64,000 bases of DNA from Gnetum montanum (taxonomy: Eukaryota; Plantae; Gnetophyta): positions 33,989 through 97,988 of the forward strand of contig MNCI01000542.1 of the NCBI GenBank assembly GCA_015680685.1, given 5' to 3'. A model generated the notes under the pieces. It saw only the letters and a program-made list of their open reading frames with translations. It was not told where the DNA came from and searched no databases. The position numbers were made by a program, and so were the translations under genes. Below are positions 38,575-51,152 of this stretch, piece by piece (position 1 is the first letter of the stretch; each line of letters begins with the position of its first letter).

Positions 38575-40490
38575 ATGGTCCCAAAAAGAGGAGATTGAGT
38601 AGGACTTTTCTAAGGAGTAGCTAAATGCCTAAGAGGAGGTAGAGGCTAGGAAGCTCACATAGAACATGTAGAGTAGGAGGCCCACTCATTTAGCATTCAT
38701 CAGGAAACCCCTGTGACAGTGAAATTTGGCCACATAGAAGGTGGCAGAGTTAGAGCCCTGGAACTAGGGCAACATCTTACGTTGTCCCTAGAATGTCTCC
38801 AAGCCATTCAGGAGAAGCCCACCTTTCTAGCTATGATTGTGGAGCTCAATTTTAGGCCTTTCACTAAGTTTTCCTTGAACCAGTGAAGACTCAACTTAAG
38901 GCATCTCCACTATGGCCCATTCTCTCAAAAAGTGATGACTGGTATTTGGGTAAAACATACCAATTCTAGCATGGCAAGGAGGAAGGCACAATTGCCAATG
39001 TAGGTGGTGTTTCCATTGATTTTTCTACAATGGCCATTGCAGAGGTCCTAAATCTTCCAAAAAAAAGACCAAAAGTTGCTCATTTATCCACTCACTCAGA
39101 CGTAGACACAAGAAAATTATGGTTGAAATGGGCTTATGATAAAGAGAATAAAGTTTATGGAGAATTGACCCTGAAAGAGAGGATTTACTTTAAGATCAAC
39201 ACTTATCACATTTTTTCCACCAAAGGTTTAAATAGATTATCTACTTATGTAGTGTAGGGCAGTGCAATTTTGATGGAAAAATTTAATGTGAATTTGCCCC
39301 ATTTATATCTGACAAAAATATTAAGGTGATTTGAAGAAAGAAAGGTGGGGAAGCTTACCTTGCCTTTCCCTTATCTCATCAAGAAGCTATATAGACATGC
39401 TAGAATATTGGGCTATATGAATGATGTTCCTAGAAAAGCCCAAAATTCTTCATATGCTAAACTACTCAAACTACCAGTGCCAAGGAAAGATGTTGGTGAA
39501 CAATTAGAGCAAGAGGAAGAGTGAATGGTCGGACCCACTACACCTCAAATGGTAGGACCTAGCCAACAACAAGAAGTGGAACCCAGCACATAAACCATAA
39601 GCTAGCAATTCCAACAATAACCACTACCACAACAAGACTATCGACTGTCCATCAATCACCTCTAAACAATCACTAAGATTGTCAGTTGGAAAAGTTGTGA
39701 TGCTAAAAATCTATTTAGGGTCATTGATGATGTTGTGTAGCCCACTATTTTGGTTGAACCTGCAAGTGAACAAATTTCATTGATTTTAGGAGGAGAGTCC
39801 CAGTGGTCTCAGTAGATCTTTGGGAATGTCGCATCCTTTCAAGTTAAGTTAGAAACTATTGAAGGTGCCACAGTTGTGTTCATGCAACACCAGGATGTGG
39901 CAGGTGTAGTAGAGGTGGTTGCAGACCACATCAAAGAATCATTTAACATTCCTGTTGTGCCACCAATAGATTTCACATGGAGTTATTAAATATATGATAT
40001 GCCAACTTGGCCATGTTAATAGCAGGGTGCTCAAGAACCAAGCTTGAGAAGTAGGTAGCTACCACTTATGCTAAGTATGAGATAGATTTTTTTGAACATA
40101 AGAAAACATTGCAAAAATTAGAAGTTGCAAAATCTAGAGTAGAAGTGGTCAAGGCAAGCTACCAAGACTAAAAAGATGTAGTAGCAAACTTGGCTCAATA
40201 GCTAACAAATTACTAGGAATTATGACATAAAGCCAGAGCCTATGAGGAGGAACAACGATAGTTTTTTTGCATGGTATGTTAACGCAAATAAGATGTTTCC
40301 ACAGCTACCATGTCTATGGGAGGTGCCAGCTCCATCAAACATTGGAACATTAGCATGGACCATGCATGATCCTTGGACAGAAGAAGAGAAACTGTAAGTG
40401 CTTCTCACTCCTCAACAATCTCAGAAGCTTATAGGGCTAGAAAAAGGAAAAGCACCAATGGAGGAACCACCACCTCCGAGAACCACATGA
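38575..40490 (+). pseudogene. Element C ORF2 (Athila 'env-like' / putative plant transposon protein with coiled-coil C-terminus)
   Basis: Starts MVPKRG. Contains VGGVSIDFSTMAIAEVLNLP and LTLPFPYLIKKLYRHA, which resemble the plant transposon protein domain of Athila ORF2. Ends GKAPMEEPPPPRTT*. Confidence 0.7.
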
Positions 40491-41481
40491 GATCCAACAT
40501 TTTGCATTTTTGTATCTTTTTTTTGTATCCAAGTTTTTTATTTTCCATACTATGACATGGTTAGTCAGTAGTAGTTAATAATCCCATACCTTCATCATGT
40601 TTTGTAAGGGGCTTGTTTCTCATTGTATTAACTCAAGGACAACTTTTTATTCAGTCGTGGGGGTATCATGAATCATGGTTTACCAGGCCCCAATATCGGG
40701 CACACGATATCACAGCCTAGATACAATATTGTATACGCGATAATGTGATTCCTGTGTTAGCCTATAAATACAACACTCAGACGCACAATGAGATTATTAT
40801 GAGAGGGAGTTAGAAGTTCTTTTCTTTTGGTAGTTTAGTTTTTAGTTTCTTTCTTCCAAGCTAGGTCTTCCTAGTGGATGCCTACAATGTGATGTTTCTA
40901 ATTGTATGGCACCTTTTTTCGAGTGTGACGTACTTGGACATGTGCATGACTAACAATAAAGATCGAGATTACTTTCATCATTGCAACACTCACTTAAATT
41001 AATTTCATTGTTTTAATTATTTAATTCCTTATTTAGTTAACAATTGATTTATTGTTATTTATGCCTTAATTATTTAATGTCTTCTTTAGTTAATAGCAAG
41101 CAAAATGTGTACATCTTTATCACGAGTGTTTAAGTGCGAATATTTGGCACACCCAGCATTAATCCCACAAAGTCCAAGACATGTATGGAAAATTAAGGAT
41201 GGATACCATTGCCATAGGCTAATTTAGGTTTTTCTTCCATTATTAATTTAATCAATTTATCTTTTCTATTATTAGGAGTAACATAGAGTTAGGACAACAT
41301 CATATGCCTCACTCTAGACTAAACCATATGTGTAAAGCTACTATTAGTCCAAGTGGGAAGATAGTGAACTACGATCAACTAGGTGCGATAACTAGTTCAT
41401 TCACAAAGTTCAATCAGATCATATGTACATATTCATATTCATATGGTTGAGTGTAGGGATACCTCACTACTCATCAACATC

Positions 41482-42700
41482 AAATTCTATTAAATGGATA
41501 TCAAAAATACCTTCTAAAATGGAACCATTTAAGAATAAGTTTACATTGAGAAACCTAAGGGATTTGTTGATTCCACCAAGATTGATCATGTCTACAAACT
41601 CAAGAAAGCTTTGTATGGTCTTAAACAAGCTCTAAGAGCTTGGTATGAAAGGCTTTCCCAACATCTCATGACAAATGGATTCAAAAGAGGTAAAGCTTAT
41701 GTTACTTTATTTCTTAAAAGAGAAGGTAAAGATCTTTTAATTATTCAAATCTATGTTGATGATATTATTTTTTGTGCCATTAATGAAATTATTTAAAAAA
41801 AATTCTAATATTATGCCATCTAAATTTAAATTGCACATGATGGAAGAACTCAAGAACTTTCTTGGATTTCAAATATATCAAACACCTTATGAAACCTTCT
41901 TATGTCAAACCAAGTATGTAAAAGATCTACTACTAAAATACAACTTGGATAATGTTAAAGTGAAAGGTAGTCCAATGGCTACAAATTCTAAACTTGATAA
42001 AGATGCCGAAGGTAAACTAGTTGATCTAAAGCTTTAAAGAGGTATTATTGGTAGTCTAATTTATCTAACTACAAGTCAACCAAATATAGCTTTAAGTGTA
42101 TGATTATGTGCTAGATATCAATCAGCTCCAAAAGATTCTCACTACCAAGCTGTTAAATGAATCTTTCACTACTTAAAAGGTACTACTTACTGGGGCCTTT
42201 GGTATCCAAAGGATTGCTCCCTTGATCTTGCTAATTATTATGATGTAGAGTGGAAAATTTTTTCTAATGATCACTATAGCACAAGTGGAAATTAGTTCTT
42301 TTTGGGAAGAAGTCTTGTTTCTTGGACAACCAAGAAGAAAACCTCTACAACTCTCTCAATCGCAAAAGTTGAACACATCTATGCTAGTAGCTGTTGTGAT
42401 CAAATACTTTGGATGAAGAAAAATCTCAAAGATTTAGAAGTACACGTAGTATAAACTTCTATTTATTATGATAACAAGAGTGCCATCAATATGACCAAGA
42501 ATCCTATCCAACATTCTCATACCAAACATATTGAGATTCATCATCATTTCATATGGGAGCATACACAACATGGTCATGTCAAACTAGTATTCACTGGAAC
42601 TGAGAGTTAACTAGTAGATTCCTTCACCAAATCCTTAGATGAACATCAGTTGGAATCTCTATGCAAGGATATGGGACTAGGATGTTGTTCTATCATGTGA
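41482..42700 (+). pseudogene. Element B RT C-terminus and RNase H, continuing after element C
   Basis: KFY*MDIKNTF*NG; LYGLKQALRAWY; IQIYVDDIIF; DNKSAI...NPIQHSHTKHIEIHHHF. Confidence 0.92.
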
Positions 42701-44554
42701 ATATTTTCATTCCTTCTTTTCTTACTCAAAATAAAACAACACCAAACAAAACTACAAAATCTAAAACACCAAAAATATTTTCTTTTCTCTATGCATCTAT
42801 TTAGAGGGATTTTGTCTCACCTTTTTGGTAATGTCCAAAAAGGGGGAGATGTTTGTAAAATTTTTTTATTATTTTGTTATTATTAGTGGGACAAAACTAA
42901 CCCATTTTCTTAAGTCTTGGACATTACCAAAAAGGGGGAGGTTGTGGACCTTTTGGTTTTGGTATGTTAAATAAAACATTAAGAAAAATGGAAAACAAGT
43001 TTGTTTTTATATGTGTGTAGTTGTTGTGCTTGTAGGAAAAGAACTTGGATGATCAAGATTGTGAACAAGAAATGCTATATTCATCATGTAAGCGAAAGTG
43101 AAGAAAGACACCTCTGGGAAGCAAGATTTCTTTAGAAATAGCAAGATTTGGAGTGAACTTAGACAAGGATGTCTTTAGAAATAGCAAGATGTCTTTCTTA
43201 GATGAAGATGTATTACACGAGACAAAGATGTCTTTAAATATTTCAAGTTAAGTCCAAAAAGACATATTTCACAAGACAAAGGCATCTTCCAAACACCTTA
43301 CTTCAGAAAGATCTCTTTCAGGAAACAAAGATGTCTTTCCAAAATTGAAGGAAAATTTAGAGAGATGTCCTAGGCATAGGAAAGACATCTCCCATGACTG
43401 TTAGTGATCATTAGCTAGTCATTACATGATTTTTGAGAAGGATTTAGGAACCTGGAAACTATAAGAAGACTTGATATGCCTTGGGAAATGTGTAAACCTT
43501 GTTGTATTTATTGTACAATCATTTTTAATCATTAAATCCTCTATTGTTCTTATTGTCTTATAATTTTGGGATTGTAAAGTGTGTTGTACCTAATTGTACA
43601 AGGATCAGCAAATTGAGTTACAATATTTCCTTGTAATTCTTATTCTTGGTTCCCTATGGGGTTGGGTTCCTTAAGCTTGTTGAGATCCTGTGGGATTGAG
43701 TTGTTGGTGCTACAATACAACACTCCAGTGTGAAAATTAAGATTGTGAAAGCCTTGAAACCCCATTTACAAGCTAGAAGGGACCTTGTAAAGTTGAGTGA
43801 TTAGTGTTCTAATACAACACTCTAGAGCAGGGGTTGATGAATGTACAGGGAGTGGATCCTTCAGTCACATTTTGAGAGCAACAAAGTCTAGAGGTGTGCT
43901 TGTGATCTAGCCTCCAAGTGTGGACTAACCAAGTAGGGGAACCACATTAAATTTTTTTTGTGTGCTTTATTTTTTGAATTTTTAATTTGGGGAACTTATT
44001 CACCCCCCTCATAAGTTCTACAACTCACAATTGTACCATCATTTGTACTATTGTAGTGATTTTATTGTACTATGCCTTAAAGTACAATGACCAGCAGATC
44101 AATTGCATCATTTCCTTGTAATTTTTTTCTCTTTCTTATTGCCTTGCTAGGGTTGATGTGCTTCTTATGAGAAGGCATCATGCTTGAGCTTGTTTGGATC
44201 CTATGAAATTGAGTGCTGGTGTAGTGTCACAATACTCCAAAGCAAAGCTCAAGTTGTAAAAGTTATGGAATCCTAAAAACCACATTCTAAGCTTGTTAGA
44301 ACCTTGCGAGGTTGAGTGGATTCATAGTAATGAATCACTCTAAAGTGGAGCTTAGAGCTTGTGCAAGGTGTGATATCCTTCAAACCACATTTTAAGAGAA
44401 ACAAAGTCCAAAGGTGTGCAAGAGATCTACCCTCCAAGTGTGGAGTATCCAATTTGGGGAACCATGTACTTTTGGGTGTGGTTTTTGTGACAATTGATTT
44501 TTTTAGGAACTTATTCATTCCCCTCCCCTTCTAAGTTCAACGATCCTCATCAAT

Positions 44555-47307
44555 TACTTTGAAACTGATATGATTCTATCATTATTGTAAATTTAATTTT
44601 CATTTCTGTAACTATGTTATCATTCTCTTAGTTGGTTCTCATTTTCTTAAATAATTATTACATTCTCATAAATTTTCTTGCTAAGTTCTTAAGTTTGTTA
44701 GAATTTTAGTTTTCTTAACTTTATAAGGGTTTAATTAACTTTGATGAAATCTATTGATTAATTAAGTATTTTTTGACTATTTACTTGATTCAAGCTTTGA
44801 TATTGAAGATTAGAAGACATAACTCATTGTTGAAGGTTTTATAAGTATTTTCTTATTATTTTGTACCCAAATTGAAGTTGAAGTTCATTAAGTCATGTCA
44901 TCCACTATTTCCTATAATACCACAACCTAACCATGAGTTCTCCATAACTTGTGGTGCACTCAAAATTAATTTTTCATTAGAACTCAACTCATGGTCACCT
45001 TGTGGTTAGACTTTTCTCAACCCATGACCCATGCTTAGCTCATGGTTTCAAACCATGACTTATGATCACCTCAAGCTTTAGCATTTTAGTAATCATGACC
45101 CTTAAAATATTCATTGTATCTTTGTCAATTTGAAGAGTGACAATCATGACCTCGTCACAACTTGTAATTTACTTAGAATTAATTTTTCTCAATTTTAGAA
45201 TACCATGACCTATGACGATTAGATTATTACTCGTGCTATAATTCCATTATCTTTCTTCAACTTGTGGTTTACTCATGATTAAATTTTTTAAAGAATTAAA
45301 AGTCATTGTTTTAGGCACCATTAGATCTTGGGAATATTATTCTACTACATTAACTCTAATAATGGTATCAAGCCATTTTTGTTTTAGAATGGTAAGCAAG
45401 AAAATACCAAGATGTAGTATTATTTTTAATGAGTCATAAGAACTTTCTTTCTAGATTCATCTCATGAAATATGTTTTACAAATCAATGAATTTTAAAAGT
45501 ATGTTGAAAATGGTTTTGATTTCCTTAATAATGTTGATGCCCTCACTAGACAAGAGAAGAAAGTTTGGGAGATGATCCTCAAGAAAGATTCTTTTCCTAA
45601 AATGATTATTTGTACATCTGTGTCTAAAGCCCTTAGTGCTAGGATGATAGTGAAGGAGATATCCAAGAAATGTTGGGAGGCATTTCAAGAAGATAAAAAA
45701 GGATGAGTCAATTCATCATTTTCTTGATAGATTATTTATCATTTCAAAAATTTGGATGAATATCAATATGATTATTTTATGAGGCAAAATCCTCATTAAG
45801 GCATTCAAGTCTTGTATGAGATCTATAAGTATTAAAACATTGTAATTTCTATAGCCCAAATGAAAGATTTATCCACTTACACCATGTATGAATTGATGTC
45901 ATGTCTTAGAGTCCTATATGAATTAAAAATCTCAAAACTTTTAAAATGATGTCTATGTTGCTTAAAATTCCCAAAATGATAGAGGTCAATGAAGAAGAGG
46001 TAGAGGTAGAGGTAAGAATATCTTACAAAATTATGTAAATTTAATGTATGGCCATAATTTCTAAAATTGTAACATATGAGGAAGAGGTGGATCTAGAATA
46101 AGAACAAAAATATCAATGTTGCAAAGTAGAGATCAATTCTTTTTGAAATACTACAAAAAAAAAAAGAAAGAAAGAAAAAAGAGGCCACATTGAAGATAGA
46201 TGCAAGAGTAAGCAAGGAACTCAAAAACTTCTCCATTCAAGATAATTCACAAGAATAAGGAGATCCTTCCACATTAGTCCAAGACAAAGATAAAGTAAAA
46301 ATTATAGGTGCAAAGGCTAATTTATTGTATTTTTCACTTCCAAGTAAATCAATTCTCATACGTAGCTTATAGATACTAGTTTTTCTAATCACATTATCCC
46401 AAACATCAAATGTTTCATTGATTATGTTAAGTTCTTCAATCTTTATTAATTAAAGTGGGTGATGACACATTTGTAAAATTAAACATATAGGTAGATGTCT
46501 AATTACTCTTGAAAATGGAACTATCATTCTTGTTCATAATATCTTCTATGTGTCTCAGTTTTCTAATTCCTTATTGTTAGTTAGTCAAATGTTCAAAATA
46601 AGTACTAGGTTTGTGTTTGAAAATAATGAATGTATAATCTCGAATGATTTTAGTGCTATTACCAAAATTCCCATGATGGAGAATCAAAGCTATTATCTTG
46701 GAGTTGTCCACTCAAAGGAAGAAGAATAAAATTTATCAATGTATAATGCTACTAGAATTTGGCAATAGAGGCTTGAATAACCTCTTGTTCAAATTTACAA
46801 AAGATCATGAATAATTAGGTTGTCATTGGAATGAAAATTTTAGAAATCGCTAGATAATTTTACTATACATGCATGTTGGGAAAGCAAAAATCACTCCCTC
46901 TTTTCAACCACATAGAAAGAAGGATCAAGTCCTTGGACTTGATATATATGGATGTGGTAGGTCTAATGCCTACTATTGCACATGATGGAGGTAAATACTT
47001 TCTTCTCATAGTTGATGCTTTTTTAAGATATAGTTGGACATATATTATATATGCTAAAGATGGAGTTTTTGGAGCATTTCAAAATTTTAAGAAGTTAGTA
47101 GAAAATATACTTGGTTGTGAAGTAAAAGCTATTAGAAATAATAAAGGTGGTAAATTTTTCAATAATGAGTTTGATGCTTTTTATGGGAGTCATGAAATAT
47201 GCAAAACTAGTTGTGACTACAAAAACCAAAGTAATGGTATTGCTAAGAGGAAAAATAAAGTCCTACAAGAATTTGTTAGTGAATATCTGCAACATGGTAT
47301 GAAATAA
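44555..47307 (+). mobile_element. Element G: old Ty1/Copia with LTR 3' part, PBS and degenerate gag-PR-INT; probably the LTR into which A inserted
   Basis: PBS-like TGGTATCAAGCC at 45363. Integrase ORF 46873-47307 (LDLIYMDVVG, YFLLIVDAFLRYSW, AIRNNKGGKF, NQSNGIAKRKN). The LTR probably continues left of A at about 24100-24525; its start is not resolved. Confidence 0.7.
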
Positions 47308-50175
47308 TTGAACAAAGTATTTATTCAAGTGGTATGTAGCTAGACCTATTATACAACTAGCAATAATGATTAAGATTATTCCATTACATTATAGCACTCT
47401 AACATAGATTAGACTTTATATTTAATGTAATTTATTTCAAATAAAACTTAGTTTAATGTTTATTCTCTCATATATTTAATTGGTAATTTACAATTAAATG
47501 CATGATAGTTATTACAACATAAGTACCATTGGTTTCGAGAAAAACACATATCATATGGTAATTCTAGTAATAATCACTTGATACTGTAGCGATAATTATA
47601 TGAGTTCAAGATGTGCATGGTAAATGCAGAACAAATGCTTATCACCTAGGATAGTTTAGCCTCTAATTTTTGCATTAGCTTAATTTAGAAAATATTTATT
47701 TATTTTTATAATATTTTATTATGGCCTTAGCAATAAATATCATATACCTTAATTGTACTTAACCATATACGTTTAGAGTTACACAAGTATAATTGAGAAG
47801 ACAGTAACCCATAGTTGAACATTCAACTATCTAGCTTGCCATGCTAGTCTAGTCAACAAATTACAATCAAGTCACTTGCATATGCTCATGATTTGTATGA
47901 TTGAGCATTAGGGCTACTTACCACTTATCATTAGCATTATTGTTAGGAATTGGTACTAATGATAAGATAGTTAGAATTATTTACCAACATCGAAATAAGA
48001 TTATTTTATTGAAATGCAAACACAACAATTAAAAATATACTCTTCTCATAGGATTGGTTTCCTACCTATTTATGATTCTACGAAGGGATATGACAGCACT
48101 ACCAAGAATAGAGATGATAAACCCCATCAAGTTAAAGTTGTTTGCCAACATTTGGATCCTTACTATTTGAACTTCATCTTCATCCTTTTCTAGGATGATC
48201 AACTATGATGAAGAGGCCTAGAAGGTGTTCCCACTTAATCACTCAACTCTATTAATGCTCATGATAACATTAATTAAAGTTGGACTTAAAGCACCTACAG
48301 CTAACTACAATGTAGCTAATGAGATGTCTAGGCCTTATTATCCTACTAAAGCCCATCTACTAAAGGATCATTTTATGGAGGTGCACCATGAAGTCACTAA
48401 GGGAAAGTGACCTACAATTCTATTAATATCACAATTTAAAAATATAAATACTAATTATCATTCAAGATAATCCAATCATCAAATTTCTCTTAGATTCAAT
48501 GTAAATGACATGAAAAATCCATGATTATATTTAGCCTTAAAAATAACCAGCAAAAAGTGAGATCAAAACCCAACACAAAGAGGACCTCTAGGCTTAGGTC
48601 TTCCAATAGGTCATCCAAAGATAATCAAAAGGTTATGAGAGAAGAGCAAGCTAGCATCGATCTCCTAGTTCTCCATAATTCTTATCATCATCATCATAAA
48701 GCTTTAACAAGGATGAGTGTGGCTAAGGAAGAAGGAGAAATGATAGATGACTTGGTGAAGATGATCGATGAGATTATCACAGAGATGAAGGTAGATATGA
48801 TGGAGATGATTGAGAAATATGGCATGGATATTAACAAAGATATAGTAGACAACACCAAAGGGTACATGATCATGATAAGAATCATGAGGAATGAGATCAC
48901 TAGAATGAACCCTTTCTTGCTACAAGAAGTATGATCAACATCTGGAAGATAGTATATATTCTAGTGAGGCATTAGAGGAATAGCCAAATCAAATGGATAG
49001 ATATGAATAACATTCCTAAGTTCAAATAAGGCTATAATGTTTATTCATAACATTACTTGCAAATTTTTGACAATGTCTACACCTTGTAAAACATTAAAAA
49101 TAACTGAAGAAAGCTAAAATTATTCTCTAGAACACTTATCAAAGAAGCTGAAAGCTAGTACTAATCCTTGGAATCATATCCATCAGGAGATGGAGAATGA
49201 TGTTAAAGTTATTTAATGAAAACTATCAAACATACCCCAAGGCATCCAAATTAAGAAATAAAATTCAAGAATAGAGATAGAAATATAATAATTTCCTTGA
49301 TGCATCTCTAGGTAGATACTATTATCTACTATACATATGCTTAGGCCCTAGCTTCTCTTAAAGGGAACAACTACGACACATCATATATGGACTTAAATAA
49401 AAACAATGGATTTATGCCCAAGGAAGACTTTTAAAAATGTGAATCCATCAGATCTAAAGGCTTATTGATTAAGTGGAAAAAAACAAGTATGAAATAGAAA
49501 AAGAGAAAGTATAGAGGAGTATAATAGAGATCCATCTCCTTATAAAAAGAAGATTCTTCTTTGTGAACTAGAAGAGGAGGTATCATTAGAAGAGGTGATC
49601 CAGTAAAAAACCTTGCCATTACAAAAATTAGTGACTAAAATTTTAACCAAGGTTAATACCATATGGAACTCAATTTATGAAAATTTTTAAATAGGTTTAA
49701 AAATCATGAAGGAGAAACCATAATAGGATAGATCCATAAACAAGGACAAAAGAAACAAGAAAGATAAAGGAATAACTACTACCAACAAAAAGAGAAAGTA
49801 GTTATAGTTGATGATAGTGTAGACTCAAATTTAGATGATGATGGTTGTGACATCTATTAATATGAACATCTAAATAGCTATTGCCCTATAATTTCACATC
49901 TTCAAGATTCTTGAGCTTATGCCTTAAATTCAAAAAATTTCAAAAAAAATGCCCAAAAGTTTATCTTATCCTCAAGGCAACTATTCACAGTGCTATCATT
50001 AATAATGGTACTATCCTAGTGGGGCCTTATTGAAACCTCAAGAGTATTATCAATAGTAGTGATAAATCTCATAGTCATGGGAGATCCTAGCACCCAAGTA
50101 GTAGTACCCCTATAGCTAACTTGATCGTTAAGGATCTTATATCCAACACCCTGTGTCTTTAAGTGGAGCTACCAC
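47308..50175 (+). mobile_element. Element E: old Athila-like fragment (5'-truncated LTR to 47930, decayed PBS, decayed gag)
   Basis: LTR end CCACTTATCA at 47930, followed by TTAGCATTATTGTTAGGA. Gag remnants MNNIPKF, KLKLFSRTLIKEAES and CDIY*YEHLNSYCP are homologous to family F. Confidence 0.75.
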
Positions 50176-50350
50176 TAATAAGTAATAGAGTAGACTCTAT
50201 ATCTAACCACATGAATTATAAGTATTTACATGTAGCATGGTCAAATTTGGTAGACTAAATTAGTAGGGATATCTAAATAGTTAGGCTATTGATTACTAGT
50301 TATTGTCTTCCCAATTACACTTGTATGGCCTAGTGCATATGGTTAAGTGN

Positions 50351-51152
50351 TGACTCGTTGATCGTCACAATGATCGGGCCCGAAGTAGCCGAAGAGAAGG
50401 CAAGAAACATCACCATGGTGATGGATCCCCTTCTTCTTCTCCTTCATCTCATCATTCACCCTCTCCTTCCACATCTGGGCGTAGCCACCATGAGCATAAC
50501 GCGGAGAGTAAAGGTAAAAGAGATGAAATGCCTCGACAGGAAGGTCGAGAGGAGTTAGGACAAGGGCAAGGACGTAGGGAGAATAGGGAACCACCACGTA
50601 GACATCATAGACATCATGAAAGAGATGATCATGACAAACCCCTATTCACATCCCAAAGCATGCTTGATATTAGAGAGGAAATTAGGATTCCCACAAGGCA
50701 TTTAAAGGACAGTAGGATCAAGCGTTTGGACATAAATAATATCCCACGTTTTGAAGGGGGATATAGCATTGATCCTTAACATCATTTACAGGCATTCCAT
50801 GATGCCTGTGCCTTGCAAAACATAGATAATGAGTGGCAGAAACTCAAGTTGTTCCCAAGGACACTCACTAAAGAAGCAGAAAGCTGGTACCGGTCCTTAG
50901 AACCGGAAACCATTAGGAGGTGGAGTACGATGTTTGAATTGTTCAACAATAAATATCAAACGTACTCCAGAGTGTCTAATTTGCGTAAGCAGATCCAAGG
51001 CTGGAAACAAGGAGCTTATGAATCCTTGGATGCTGCCATGGCCCGTTACTACACACTGCTACATCATGGCCCGGGCCATGGGTACGCTAAACGGGATCAA
51101 CTTCGCCACCTCGTGGATGGGCTACGAAATGAAACGAGAAGAACTCTTGGGA
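50351..51152 (+). mobile_element. Family F gag fragment (young copy), bounded by an N and the N gap
   Basis: Near-identical to the reverse complement of about 9225-10030. Confidence 0.9.

Larger units (their letters stand above)
33170..41476 (+). mobile_element. Element C: full-length non-autonomous Athila-like element (gag + ORF2, no pol) nested in the RT of B
   Basis: LTRs 33170-33992 and 40666-41476. Degenerate Athila-type PBS TTGATGCCATTTCCAGGGA at 33993-34011. PPT AGTCGTGGGGG. TSD ACATC at 33165-33169 and 41477-41481. Removing C restores the RT frame of B (YASINNI|KFY). Confidence 0.93.
29464..44029 (+). mobile_element. Element B: SIRE-like Ty1/Copia with degenerate pol and truncated gag, nested in the 3' LTR of A
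   Basis: 5' LTR 29464-30646. PBS TGGTTTTAGAGC 30649-30660. 3' LTR 42943-44029 after PPT AAAAAGGGGGAG. C-rich end motif ATTCACCCCCCTC. TSD ATTGT at 29459-29463 and 44030-44034. Confidence 0.93.
24526..44549 (+). mobile_element. Element A: gag-only SIRE-like Ty1/Copia (TR-GAG-like); its 3' LTR is split by element B
   Basis: 5' LTR 24526-25726 (TGTTGAC...TCCTCA). PBS TGGTATCAGAGC 25729-25740 (tRNA-iMet type). Gag with CWVCGGRGHVAFEC knuckle and no pol. Two PPTs near 28616 and 28802. 3' LTR 28817-29463 plus 44035-44549. TSD TCAAT at 24521-24525 and 44550-44554. Confidence 0.92.

Noticed and set aside
48521-48934. Met-rich 137-aa novel protein (and its copy at 55096)
   Set aside because: It is an off-frame reading of the decayed Arg/Asp/His-rich gag region of element E.
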